Made by a program: the position numbers and the translations under genes. Below are positions 42,720 to 55,905 of a DNA stretch of 64,000 nt, piece after piece (positions within the stretch are counted from its first letter, which is position 1; every line of letters starts with the position of its first letter). Below the pieces are notes generated by a model, which saw only the letters and a list, made by a program, of their open reading frames with translations, did not search any database and was not told the origin of the DNA. Origin of the DNA: Octopus sinensis (lineage: Eukaryota); assembly GCF_006345805.1 (NCBI RefSeq), contig NC_043015.1:22630001-22694000 (forward strand), written 5' to 3'.

Positions 42720-42997
42720 AGTGGTGGTTCACCGACCGGTGCTGGTCAGCGAGCCCTCATTTGCCGATACGTGGCGAGTTTCCGGAAAAGAAACAAACAT
42801 AAAATGTTTATATTATATTGTATTATTTGATGCAAAATAAATATAAGATAAACCGCTTGTCAACTTTTATTATATTCATTATATATATTGTTTTCGGTAT
42901 AAATTGATATTACTAATACATATTACTAGTCTCTGGCACATTGGAAAAAATACTGCCGATACCCCATATCAGATAGTTTGATATGTAAGAACCATTT
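42720..42997. mobile_element. Possible hAT-type MITE remnant
   Basis: Ends 'gtggtggttcaccgacc' and 'gtaagaaccatt' loosely resemble CAGTGGTTC...GAACCACTG TIRs. Confidence 0.3.
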
Positions 42998-43562
42998 TGG
43001 CTGTTGACCAGTGTTATCATCTCTCCAGTAATGATTGAACTTATCTTAAAAATTGAAGACGAATTTAGACCCAGGCATTCTAATACTGTAAAAATAATCT
43101 CTAGCCTGATGATATGTTGTTAATAATAACGTTATTGCTTATTTTCAACGTGTCATAAATTACATGAAACTTAGATATATATTAATTTATGGCAAATTAT
43201 AAAAAAATGTAACAGTTTACAAAGAGAAGAAAATATCAATTCATGAAGTATTTCATAGTCATTTAATGAGTATTATTACTGGTAAACAGCAGGCTGTGAT
43301 AAAATAGTAAATCCATGGAGAACCGACAAAACTTTAACAAAAGTTTAGTAACGTTGAAAGTAACAAAGATTTGACTACATCAAGCGTGCAACTTGTGATC
43401 TCTGAACTCCATTCGAGATAACACATGGAGAAGACATAAAGGTAAATGGTGAGGCAAGAGTCAGAAATGGCTTCAATGTCAATTAAGGAGAGTAGTTATT
43501 GAATGACAGCGAGGAGAGAGAGGGAGAGGACGATTATGAAAGAAAAGTATCTACTCTTCATA

Positions 43563-43601
<39 letters not shown>

Positions 43602-43939
43602 CTGTGTGAGTGTATGAGCACGCGCGTATGTACCTGTGTTTGTAGTGTGTGTGTGGCTTGGAAGCTGTTCGTGCGGTATAGAGACGTACGTATGGGTTCG
43701 CAAGGGAAAATATTTAACTTCAGAAGTGAAAGTTAAAGTTATCTCCATTGACATTACAGATAACATTTCATAGCACACTCTTACACACTTACATACAAAA
43801 CACACACAGGCAAACACATACGCGGATACACATGAACACACACACATACATACATATACCCACACAAACACAAACACACCATATCTATGTGCATACATAC
43901 TAGCATGTATGAATGCATACATATGTGTATATATGTGAC

Positions 43940-43988
<49 letters not shown>

Positions 43989-44779
43989 GTATGTATGTGC
44001 GTGTAAATATATTCATATATACATACATTTATATATCTATACATATATACATACATAGATGCATACAAACACATACATATATATATATAAATAAATATAC
44101 ATACATATATATATATATACATACATATATATATATATAAATAAATATATATATATATATATACATGTGTGTGTGTGTGGGTGTGCATTAAAAGATAGTT
44201 ATACAAGTACAGATATAAAACTTATATGATTATATAATATATATTTTTACGTATGCAAACTATTTAAATAAAATATATTGTAAAATACATTGTACTGTAT
44301 ATTGTCTGCTCTATTATAGTCTTTAGATGACCAGAAGAAACACCCGAATACTTATGTCGGAGACAATAAATAAGAGAGGAAATATTTGGCCCTCTAAGAA
44401 TTCCTGTATTTAAAGCCATAACAAACATTGAATTGTATTTATACTTAGCAAAACGTTAACGTTATATGTGAGTATATATATACACAGATATATATGTGTG
44501 TATATGTATATACATATATATATATATATATATAAATGCATACATGTATACTTACAAAAACTTATATATAAATATATATATTTATATATGTGTGTGTTTA
44601 TGTATATGTTCACATAAATCTATATGTATAGATCGAAGTATATACACGTATACGTATTTGTATTAGTTTACATAATTTACTTCGTGTTTACAAATATTTG
44701 CTGAATATAGATATTTCGTTTATATTTAATGTTTCATGAAGTGTACATACATACATACATTCATACATATATATATACA

Positions 44780-44834
<55 letters not shown>

Positions 44835-45190
44835 ATATGTATGTGTGTATGCGTGTGTTTATAAGTGTAAACACATATAGACATACATACAGTTACATTC
44901 ACAAGCATATATGAATTCAAGTATGTAAATATTTATGTATCTATGTATGTATACTTCCTTGCTTCCTTCCGTAAACACAGACAATATTTGAAAGTAGTAT
45001 GTCAAAATTTCAAATAATTTCAATTCTTTAAACAAAAATTCCCAGTGATTTTCTTTCAACGTTATTTTCCCGGCATATATATTTGTAAGCATTTCTGTGT
45101 GATTAAATGATTGCACATCAATGCTTTCATTGGGTAATTGTATTTTGGTGAATTTGTCGGTTAATATCTATCTAACTTAATATATCAATA

Positions 45191-45235
45191 TCTATCAATC
45201 AATCAATCAATCAATATATATATCTCTCCCTCTCC

Positions 45236-45277
<42 letters not shown>

Positions 45278-45306
45278 ATCTATCTATCTATCTATTCATT
45301 TGTCTG

Positions 45307-45380
<74 letters not shown>

Positions 45381-45397
45381 ATCTATCTATCTATCTA

Positions 45398-45462
<65 letters not shown>

Positions 45463-45467
45463 GTCTG

Positions 45468-45508
<41 letters not shown>

Positions 45509-45509
45509 A

Positions 45510-45599
<90 letters not shown>

Positions 45600-45610
45600 T
45601 CATTTGTCTG

Positions 45611-45685
<75 letters not shown>

Positions 45686-45690
45686 GTCTG

Positions 45691-45735
<45 letters not shown>

Positions 45736-45790
45736 ATAAATATATGTATATATAGGGTGAGAGAGAGAGAGAGAGAGAGAAAGAAAAACA
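45191..45790. repeat. (ATCT)n array with an internal ~304-bp higher-order duplication, then (AG)n
   Basis: Marker 'attcatttgtctgtc' at ~45294 and ~45598. Confidence 0.9.
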
Positions 45791-45936
45791 GAGAGAGGAA
45801 GAGAGGTGAGAATGAGTGAAGATAAAGATAAAGAGATTGACTCATAGATAGATATAATTATACAGATATAGTTATATAATCGTGTTTGTTTCACCTTGTG
45901 CTTGAAGCTAAGTTCTTCAAAAGCATAAAAACAAAC

Positions 45937-45967
<31 letters not shown>

Positions 45968-46298
45968 TATACTTGTGCACATATTTTTATAGATATGCAA
46001 TATGTGTGCTTACGTGTGCAGAGTGACTAAACAGAGAGAGTTGGAGGTAACAGGTCTATGGCAGAGGAAACCTAACAAGTATTACTATATTTGGTACATG
46101 GTATGTATATATGTACGGAGTCTGTTCTCAAAAATGGTGTATACGTTTTACGTACAATGCGTGTTTTGTGTAAATTTATGTGGTGGAGCATCGATGCTTA
46201 ATGTCTGTTCATACATTTTTAGTTTGAATATCCTTCTATTCATTATTGTGGAGATACATACATACATACATTCACACTGACACTCAAATACACACGTG

Positions 46299-46358
<60 letters not shown>

Positions 46359-46659
46359 CATATATATATTGTGGCTATGTTCTAGTACACCATCGTTTCG
46401 TTGAAGTGTTTTTATTTATGTTCAGCCATTGTTACTTATGCAATTCCAGTAACAACGTAGGTACATATCTACATTGTCGTCGTCGTCGCCTTCCTCATCG
46501 GCGTCGTCGGTGTCGGCGCCAATTTCATCGATGTTTATATTTTTATTGTCGTAGTCTACTATTTCAATGCATCTATTACAAGCTTTATTACCAATACGTT
46601 TTGCGTATTTTATCCTGCCTTGATTTATGCTGACGCTCAACAACATCTATATGTTTGTG

Positions 46660-46785
46660 TGTGTGTGCTAAGATACTTGCTGCCTAATCACATGCTTCTG
46701 GGTTCAGTCCTACTGCGTGGCGTCTTGGGCAACGGATTTCTCTTGTAGCCTCGGGCCGACGAAATCTTTGTGAGTGGATTTTATT
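46660..46785 (+). mobile_element. SINE 5' fragment (family of 17223-17650)
   Basis: 'ctgggttcagtcctactgcgtggcgtcttgggcaac...gcctcgggccgacgaaatctttgtgagtggattt'. Confidence 0.75.
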
Positions 46786-47229
46786 CCTTATAATCTGTTA
46801 ATTTCCCTGTGTAGAACTTTGATACATGGTCACCTTGCCTCTGATGACTGAACACCTAGTGTACGGACGTGCTAATCTATTACGTGAGATATCCCAGAAA
46901 CAGTTGAAGGCTTCAAATTCAACTTACCCCTATTAAATAATTATAAATAACTTGGATTTTGTTGTCCTTATCCTCTAATATATACCTGCCTACATGGAAG
47001 CCTCATACGGATCCCTAGCTCCAGCGTCAGCTGTAAAAGTGCAACCTAACGGATGACCAAATATAACAATTACTCAGATTACCTATTTGGTTAGAACCTC
47101 AGTAAACTGCCTTTCTCTCTCTCTCTCTCTTTGTATATATATATATATATAGGTAAACAGTAAAATTAAATACAGACATGGACAAGAACATGAAACACCA
47201 CAGAGACGACACAAGAACCACAGGACGGG

Positions 47230-47334
47230 ACATTCGAAGCCCTCAGTCATCAGTCAAGAACCAGATCATCTTAGCAATTTCGGCTGATTAATCTTGAGAT
47301 TGCTCCGATATGGCCAGCCCAAAGCTTCGAATGT
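47230..47334 (-). ncRNA. Hammerhead ribozyme core with non-circularly permuted (pseudoknotted) strand order, copy 1
   Basis: RNA: ACAUUCGAAGCUUU-G-GGCUGG-CCAUAUCGG-AGCAAU-C-UCAAGA-UUAA-UCAGCC-GAA-AUUGCU-AAGAUGAUCUGGU-UCUUGA-CUGAUGA-CUG-AGGGCUUCGAAUGU. Three 6-bp stems flank CUGAUGA, GAAA and UC in the hammerhead register. Confidence 0.7.
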
Positions 47335-47958
47335 ATACAACGAAAGGACGGAAAACGATCGAAGTACACAACAAAAAAAATACAAATACGTGACACCAAT
47401 AAGATACAAAAACGTAAAAACAATAACGGTAAAAATAAAAAATAAACAACAAAACAAAACCAGGACGTAGACAAGGGTCTTTCGACAGACGATTTGAGTA
47501 GGGGCTGGCTTGTGAAGTTGTGCCTAAAGGCCACGGGAGACGAACAAATCCGTGTTGCTTCTGAGGCTGCTGAAAACGAAAAGAGCGCTCAACAGCGGCT
47601 AGCTGTCACTGAGAACAAAAGACAGGAGAAAGGGACAGATGAAAAGGGAGAGAAGGTGGACGAGGGAGGAGAAGAAAGAGACAGATCGAGGGGGCTGGAG
47701 GTGAGAGAGATAGAGAAAACGTAGAAAGGGGGGGGGACGGATGGAGAGGGAAAGAACGGAAGTGGAATAAGGGAGGAGGGAGAGAGAGAGAAAAAGAGAC
47801 AGATTAAGTCGTATCAAAGCTTGAGAAAAAAATATACTTATCGTATAAGGACAATTGTGGATACGTAGCCGCCGATTATATAGGTAAACAGTAAAATAAA
47901 TACAGACATGGACAGAACATGAAACACCACAGAGACGACACAAGAACCACAGGACGGG

Positions 47959-48060
47959 ACATTCGAAGCCCTCAGTCATCAGTCAAGAACAGATCATTTA
48001 GCAATTTCGGCTGATTATCTTGAGATTGCTCCGATATGGCCAGCCCAAAGCTTCGAATGT
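47959..48060 (-). ncRNA. Permuted hammerhead, copy 2
   Basis: Identical stems and core to copy 1; linkers shortened 13->11 and 4->3 nt. Confidence 0.65.
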
Positions 48061-49248
48061 TACAACGAAAGGACGGAAAACGATCGAAGTACAAACAAAA
48101 ATACAGAATACGTGACACCAATAAGAATACAAAACGTAAAAACAATACGGTAAATAAAAAATAAACAACAAAACAAAACCAGGACGTAGGACAAGGTCTT
48201 TCGACAGGACGATTTGAGTAGGGGCTGGCTTGTGAAGTTGTGCCTAAAGGCCACGGGGGACGAACAATCCGTGTGCATACATATATACACTACTATGTAT
48301 TTATCACTTTTAGCGATCTTGTGAGCTTGTTTCCTAATAGTCTGCATTAGTTGCGTCGATGAAATACAAACTAGATAGAATTTATGAAAAATATATACCT
48401 CGTGGTGTTGGTAGTGGTGTTGGTAGTTGTATTTATCGTCGTCGTCATCGTAGTAGCAGTAGTAGATTTTGTTGGATATTTTGCATATATCACTTCTTTA
48501 ATATTCGTTGTTAATTTTAACAGGATGGCTCTCAATTTGTGCCCCGGTTTGCTTTTATACAGCAGTCATCTCAAATAAAATAAGGCTTAACGTATTTTCA
48601 TAGCATCCGAGGTTGTTATGACCAAGGCATTCGATGTTCTCCTCCTTTATTTGTCGGAAATTTTCTTCATACTTTACAGAGACTGTAAACGTTTCCACTA
48701 CGTTAATATGATTTCTCACAAATGTAATATTTTTAGGTGCAACGCCAAATGCTCTGATGCAGATATGGCAGCTTAGCTTCAGTTAACGACAGCAGGTCAA
48801 GAATGGGGTCTATTTAAAAAAAAAGGATGCCATCTTTTCTCACGAACTAATCAAAGTTATTACATTGTGTGTATACATTCAGGATCTCGCAATATAAGAT
48901 AATTCATCAATGGTACAACGTTATTAGAACATTGAACTGCTGGTAAGTTTAATATTGAGTTGTGTTAAAATGGTAATGTAATATCTGTTATAGAGACGTT
49001 TCTGCTAAGCACGCGACCATTCTAAATTATGTTTATCGTTAGGCGAGCCAGGCTGAGAGATTAACTGTGGTTTACTTATTTGTTTTTAAATCTCTGCTAA
49101 TGGCTTCCTTAAAATCTAAAATTTAAATAGGATATGGTAGTGAAGTATTAAATTCATCAATTAACTTTGTCATGCACCAGTATAGATATGCACGTGTGTG
49201 CGCAAACACACACATACACTTATATGTGTTGCGTGTATACCTATATGC

Positions 49249-49332
<84 letters not shown>

Positions 49333-49959
49333 GTGTGTTTATATACATATATATATATATATATATATGCATGTATTTAACTCTAACATAAATTATCTAA
49401 TTATCTATTTTTGGTTACTTCCTATAGTATCTGTTACTTCTAAAGCATATTTTGCTTTTTCTGGTATTAAAGTGCTCCGGTGTATACGGTGGATATGAAA
49501 AGAAAAAAAAACCTGAAGCTGATTGATGAAACATTTCCTAATGTAAAGAGGCCATTAGTAAACACACTGTATCCATTATCTCTAGTTTCTACCTCAAGTA
49601 CTTGATGATTTTAGGCTCCACTGAACTTAGAAATTCAGTGCAACTTGAGATACTAGCTTTTCTGTTCAGCTATGTCGTGGCTGACAAATTCAGGTTTAGA
49701 CGCATGCTTACAGAATTGAGAGTCTCCGACAGTATATTACACGCGGATTTATTATTGTTTTCTAGTGAATCTCCAGTTGTATCAGATCGTTTATCAACCT
49801 TGATGTCGTAAATTTAAAACCAGGTAAGTAAGGGTGTTTCGATGAAATCGACACCGGTGATGTTTGGAGCGTAAATAACAGCAGGGAATCTCGCTAATTA
49901 TTTTGCTCGGTGCGTTATTAATTCCGCCAGTTCACGGCCATTATGAATGAAATAATCTC

Positions 49960-50140
49960 TTCTGGTATAGGAACAAAGCCCGAAATTTTGAGCGAAGGGG
50001 AAAGTCAATTACTGTGCTTGAGAGGCCATCATTCCATCGTTCCCGAAATATGAAACTTGAAATCGCCTTCGGCCGCATTTGAACTCGGAGGGTTCTACTA
50101 GGCATTTCGGTTGAGATGCTACCGATTCTACCAACTCTCC
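49960..50140 (-). mobile_element. Degenerate SINE (family of 29873-30102)
   Basis: Minus strand 'ggagagttggtagaatcggtagc...ccgagttcaaatgcggccgaagg'. Confidence 0.6.
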
Positions 50141-50639
50141 AGCTATACGAATGAAATAATGAAATACTAAGCAATAATCTGAACTTCGACATCACTCGCA
50201 TTAGTCGTACATACTTGTGAGCGTTGGCAATGATATTTTCTACACCCTTTTTCGGATCTCAATGAAACAAAGATATCATTGCCATTCAGAGCAGAATATA
50301 TCTTACACGTAGTACATAAGTTTTTTCTAGCTCGAATATACACTAATAATGTCTATCATAGAATTAAGGAAAGAAATTCAGGAGGAGATGTGAGGCAAAT
50401 AAACTGACTCCTCTATTTTATTAAACCCTTATGAATGATTATCAAAATTCATCTCGCGAACCCTATAGGTGAAGAACTAAATCATGTATGGTGCGGCATT
50501 TTCACGGAAGCCTTGCAATACATTTGTATAAAAAAAAGTTAGGAATCAAAACATAATAAATGTGTAATACTCTATAGTAATTTTATTGAACTCGGATGGC
50601 TGTAAAATAGAACCCGTCTCAGTCACATTTGAACTAAAG

Positions 50640-50925
50640 GTGAAGGCGCAGCGCATAGTGGTTTGCGTATTCGGTTCACGTTTGTGAAGTCATGCGTTCG
50701 ATTCCCAGGGTCGCATCGTGTTCTCCAGCAATGTACTTATTTACGTTTCTTCAGTCAACTCAGCTGGGAATAGGTGTTTCACCTATAATTGAAAGGATAG
50801 GCGCTGTTACTTTTTATGTCAAGCTGAATCTCCCGGAGAACTAACTGAAGGGTACGTGTGTCTGTGCAGTGCTTAGCCACTTAAAAGTTAATTTCACGAG
50901 CAGGCTCATCCGTTGATTGCATTAA
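50640..50925 (+). mobile_element. tRNA-derived SINE, degenerate
   Basis: 'gtgaaggcgcagcgcatagtgg' (A box region) and 'gcgttcgattccc' (B box); head similar to the 24226 copy. Confidence 0.7.
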
Positions 50926-52089
50926 ATGGGCCCCGAGTCGTCGTAATCGATGGAGTGAGAATTAGGTAAGAGAGCTAAGAATGGTAGTTTAACATTTTTG
51001 TAAGATGCAATATCGTCACTGCCCATAAGATGGTAGAAAAATTCCTCTAAACACACGCGTGCATTATAATTTGTTAACAAAGAATATATTTTCGGAGATT
51101 GTTGAAGGGTGACCACACCACCGGAAGAATATCATCCGCCGGTACAAAGCTTCAGATGAGACATAAAAAATAATTTTAACATAAAAAGATGGAGTTTACT
51201 GCCATGTCTGGCACAATTCTTCATCACATGATCTGTAACATAAATAAATTGGATCTCTTTTTGCCTTACCTAAACTATACAATTGCGTTAGTTCTTTGTG
51301 TGTATTATTCACCAGCACAAACAATAGAACCATACTCGGAGTCCATGGGTTTACTTTGATCAATACTACAATTTTGTTTCGTTACTCTAGCTTGTAATTT
51401 TGAAATCGATTGTAATTGGATTTCTATGATGTGTCTTTGGAGTGTACAAATACACATTAGACGCATTCCGAAATCGTCTGTGAAGCTTATAGACCACTAT
51501 GAAATATTTAAAGTATTTTCTAATAAATCACCGTTATTGTGTATATATTTTGGTCACTTGACGTCAGTGAGAAGTTTTACATTTACTAATGTGCTATAGA
51601 GTGGCATTGGTTTTACAGCAAATTATACACTGAGATTGGTGACACATATTCATGTATATATATTTAAGAAGGTAACTTAAATTTCTACCATATTCATACA
51701 TATATATATATACGTATATATACGTATCTGTGCGTGAGGACAAACATACGGGCATTCCTTAGATATTTACATAAACTTTTCTATAGTTCGTGATGAGGGC
51801 GAAACTAAACTTGTTTTTGCCAGTCGATTAGTCTTCATAAGCTTCACGCAACCAAACGTAAAGAAATTAAATCTACGTCACTATTATTCAACTGTCAAAA
51901 GCCACTAAGTTTCACTGGAAATAATTATAGAATGCTCTGCCTAACCTTTTGAAGCGCTTTCGAGTATCACGACACGTGACAAGCGGTCAAAAGATTTCCG
52001 CTTTTCATTCATGAGACAGGCCATAATAAGATTACACATACGCACACATAAAGAAGCATGTGCATATGTGCGTGTGTATGTATGCATGT

Positions 52090-52920
<831 letters not shown>

Positions 52921-53273
52921 ACGGATATATGGATAGGTAGATAGAGAGCGAAATGTAATTGTTGTAAAATATGTTAAAACTTAGTTTTAGTTTGTGCAAA
53001 CATTTGATTAAAGATTCAACGTGTTCGGTAGATTGGATAGATAAGTGTATTATATCAATGGTTGATAGTCTACTTAGACAATCACCTCGGGCTGGGCTGC
53101 TTTTGATAGACATATAGTGCCTCACTTTGTGCTGAATCTCTGAGTTGTCAGTCAACTTTTACTTATAATATACACAGATACACCCATGCACGTACACTCA
53201 CATATACACATACACACACGCACATACACATAGAAGTTTACATAAATATATGTTCGTATGTAGGTAAAATATG

Positions 53274-53315
<42 letters not shown>

Positions 53316-55905
53316 TTGATATATATTTTTACATAGAGTCAACAGATGAGGTCCAAGGATGCTCAATATATAAATCTTATGATTTGAAAATACACTGAAG
53401 TCCCCATCGGAGATTCAATCCGCGGAGTTCAGACTAGCTATGGGAGCAATCCAGATAACGTAATATGGAGAGAGCGATTGAGATAAATACACTTGGCTCG
53501 ATATATAAAATATAGATACATATACACATGTAAATATATACAGAAGGGAAATATTGAACACTCATGTATAAGTGTATAGATATTTGTATATTTACAAAAT
53601 ATATAAATTTACACGGAGTATAAAAAATATGGGTTCTACAGTTAAATTCTCTAGAACCATGATGTAAACTGCTATCTTGTCAATCATTGCAACTTGATGA
53701 AGGAGGCAAGTATTACGGTAAAGCTTATATACATCCTTTACTGGTTGCGTATTCTTGAAATTTTGCTCACTTCTACCAATTAGGAACATTATAACTATTC
53801 CGTAGTTCCGAGTTCCACTTAAATAGCCGTCAGATTTTAAAATACCGTGATTTTTCATGTTTGGTTTTGCGTATGTTTCGTACTCTAAGGTAAATTAACT
53901 TTGGAAATATATAAATATATGTCTACTTTTACACTGTATTCCTTTTCTGAATATCTCCAGTTTTTGTGTATCTCTATATATTTCCCTAATCATATTTACT
54001 TGTCTATATATATATATGTATCTATATTTTATTTATGAAGCCCAAGTGTATTTATATGCATCAATATCTCTCTCTTTCACTGTTTAACATATACAATATG
54101 TATATATACACATATACCTATCTAGGTGCATACTTACGAATATATGTGCGTAAAATGTGTGTGTGTCTGAGTGTAAATGTGTGTATATATTAACAACCTA
54201 ACTGTTAGGCACATTGCTCTTTAAAAATCACCTTCACTCTACGTATTCAAAGTTAAAGATTACACCGAAAACTATTGTATTTCCAGAACTGTAGTCTTTT
54301 ATCAACGCTTTTGTTCAACAATGTATTGGCTTCTGTCACCCATCATTATCACTCTCACGGAAATGTTTAACGGCATCAGGTTCAAACTTTATAGTCCATA
54401 TCAGCTTGAAAAGATGACATTTTCAATTCAATTTGCGTTTGGTAAGCGGTACCTTTCACTGGTTATTTCCAAACTTATAGACAACAGCATTTCCTTTCGA
54501 TGAAATTCCCTGTTGTCAAATCGTAATTAAATTCACGTACGTACTCAGAGATAAGCACTTTGTTTCAAACCTGGTGAATGTCATTTGGTTTATAGCTTAA
54601 CAGGTCGATTTTGACGCGACCAACTCACTGATATTCTAGAATGCCTACAGTGAGTTACATTAACACTAACATTTCTTTCCGTGTTGCTAAATTCTTGAAG
54701 TCCCTCTAATAAATGACATTCTACTCTTATATTTTATTTAGTTGCAAAAAAAAAAAGAAAAAGGAAAATAGTTCGTGTCTTTTTTCCTTTTGAAAGAACT
54801 ATTCATCAATTTACAAATTTAGTTTTATATTTTGTTCTTCTTTTAGTGTTTTCCAAATTTTTATTTACTTTTTTTCAAATTCTCTATGGGTAATTTCTCA
54901 ACTTAAGAATGGAATCTTGTCATGAACAAACATTCCGTCACCTCACAATATGGAGTAACCGACATCTTACACTTAATTTAGAATATAGCTATAATTGCAT
55001 TTTAGCTTGTTCTTTCTTCCATTCACTCAACTTCTCAATTGCTCTGTTTTTCTCAATTTCTTTCTCTCTCTTTCTCTCTCCCTGTCTATTTTCATGCTCT
55101 TCGTTCAGTTATCAATTGTCTACTTCCTCTCTGAGTTTGGTTATTCACTTTCTACTTTATATTCTTTGTGAAAGCCTGTTAAGAACGAGGCTGATTAAAT
55201 TGTAATACAAAATAAACTGACAATAAATGCCACTTCTTCAATTGTATCGCCTAATGGTATTTACCATAACGGTTTTTTCCTACCTAATGTGTGTTTTCTG
55301 TTGTATAAATTTTCATATAATTTTAACTTGGAATACAACGAAGGAAAGGGAAAATATGGTCAATTCATCGATTACACGATAAAAGTGTATAGTTAAACTG
55401 CACAAGACTGTCTGTCAACTGAAAATGCTGCTGCATCAACACGAAGTAAATGTAATCTTTAAATATTCTGTAAAGTGTATGTAAATGCTATTTGACATTC
55501 AAATCGCTTTCCAGGTTAAGTATTAGTATACAATTTTAGGGTTACAGTGTTGTAAGTAGCGTTGATAATATGACTTCTTGAATAAGAAGTTTGTTTACTT
55601 TACATTGATTTTTCACATCTTTCTGTATTTCTCGTGCTGTATACTCTATAGATCTGCTAATTCAATGTATCTACATCCTAAGACGCCCGAGTAGTAACCC
55701 TCACGCGTATTGGCTAAGGAATATTACACCTACGACTATATATTATGCTATACATCCTTCCCATCTTAAATATGTTTTACGTCAAAGAAAAGTGACTGCT
55801 ATATCTAGTAAGCCTCTTAAACATGTAGTAAATTCACTCCACAGATTCATTGATATTAGTCATATACTGTCCTAAAGATTTTTTTCAGTAATATGTGTTG
55901 TCCTT

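Larger units (their letters stand above)
47150..48275 (-). mobile_element. Partial-tandem element (730-bp unit plus ~395-bp repeat), probably a Penelope-type pseudo-LTR
   Basis: 47151-47565 is repeated at 47882-48273, with almost only indel differences. The minus strand runs into (TA)n at 47150. Each copy carries the permuted hammerhead. Confidence 0.75.

Noticed and set aside
46841-46905. CTGATGA followed by a small hairpin and a distant GAAAC
   Set aside because: No stem I or III in register; compatible with chance or heavy decay.
47240-47292. Twister-like reading of the 47.2-kb motif (UAA-UCAG...CUGA-GGG)
   Set aside because: No convincing P1/P4/T1/T2 pairings; the hammerhead reading explains many more bases.
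41834-48275. CRISPR-like arrays
   Set aside because: Repeats are tandem without unique spacers, the context is eukaryotic, and there are no cas genes.
49600-49830. Possible exon ending at CAG|GTAAGT (~49823), and a protein-like minus-strand frame (YDIKVDKRSDTTGDSLENN...)
   Set aside because: The plus frame stops before the donor; the minus frame has an in-frame TAA just upstream and no good acceptor. Needs RNA-seq or tBLASTn.
50922-51116. 64-aa minus-strand ORF in unique-looking sequence
   Set aside because: In-frame stop just upstream, non-ATG start, no recognisable motif.
51559-51566. CRE palindrome TGACGTCA
   Set aside because: A single 8-mer is expected by chance in 64 kb; no promoter context.
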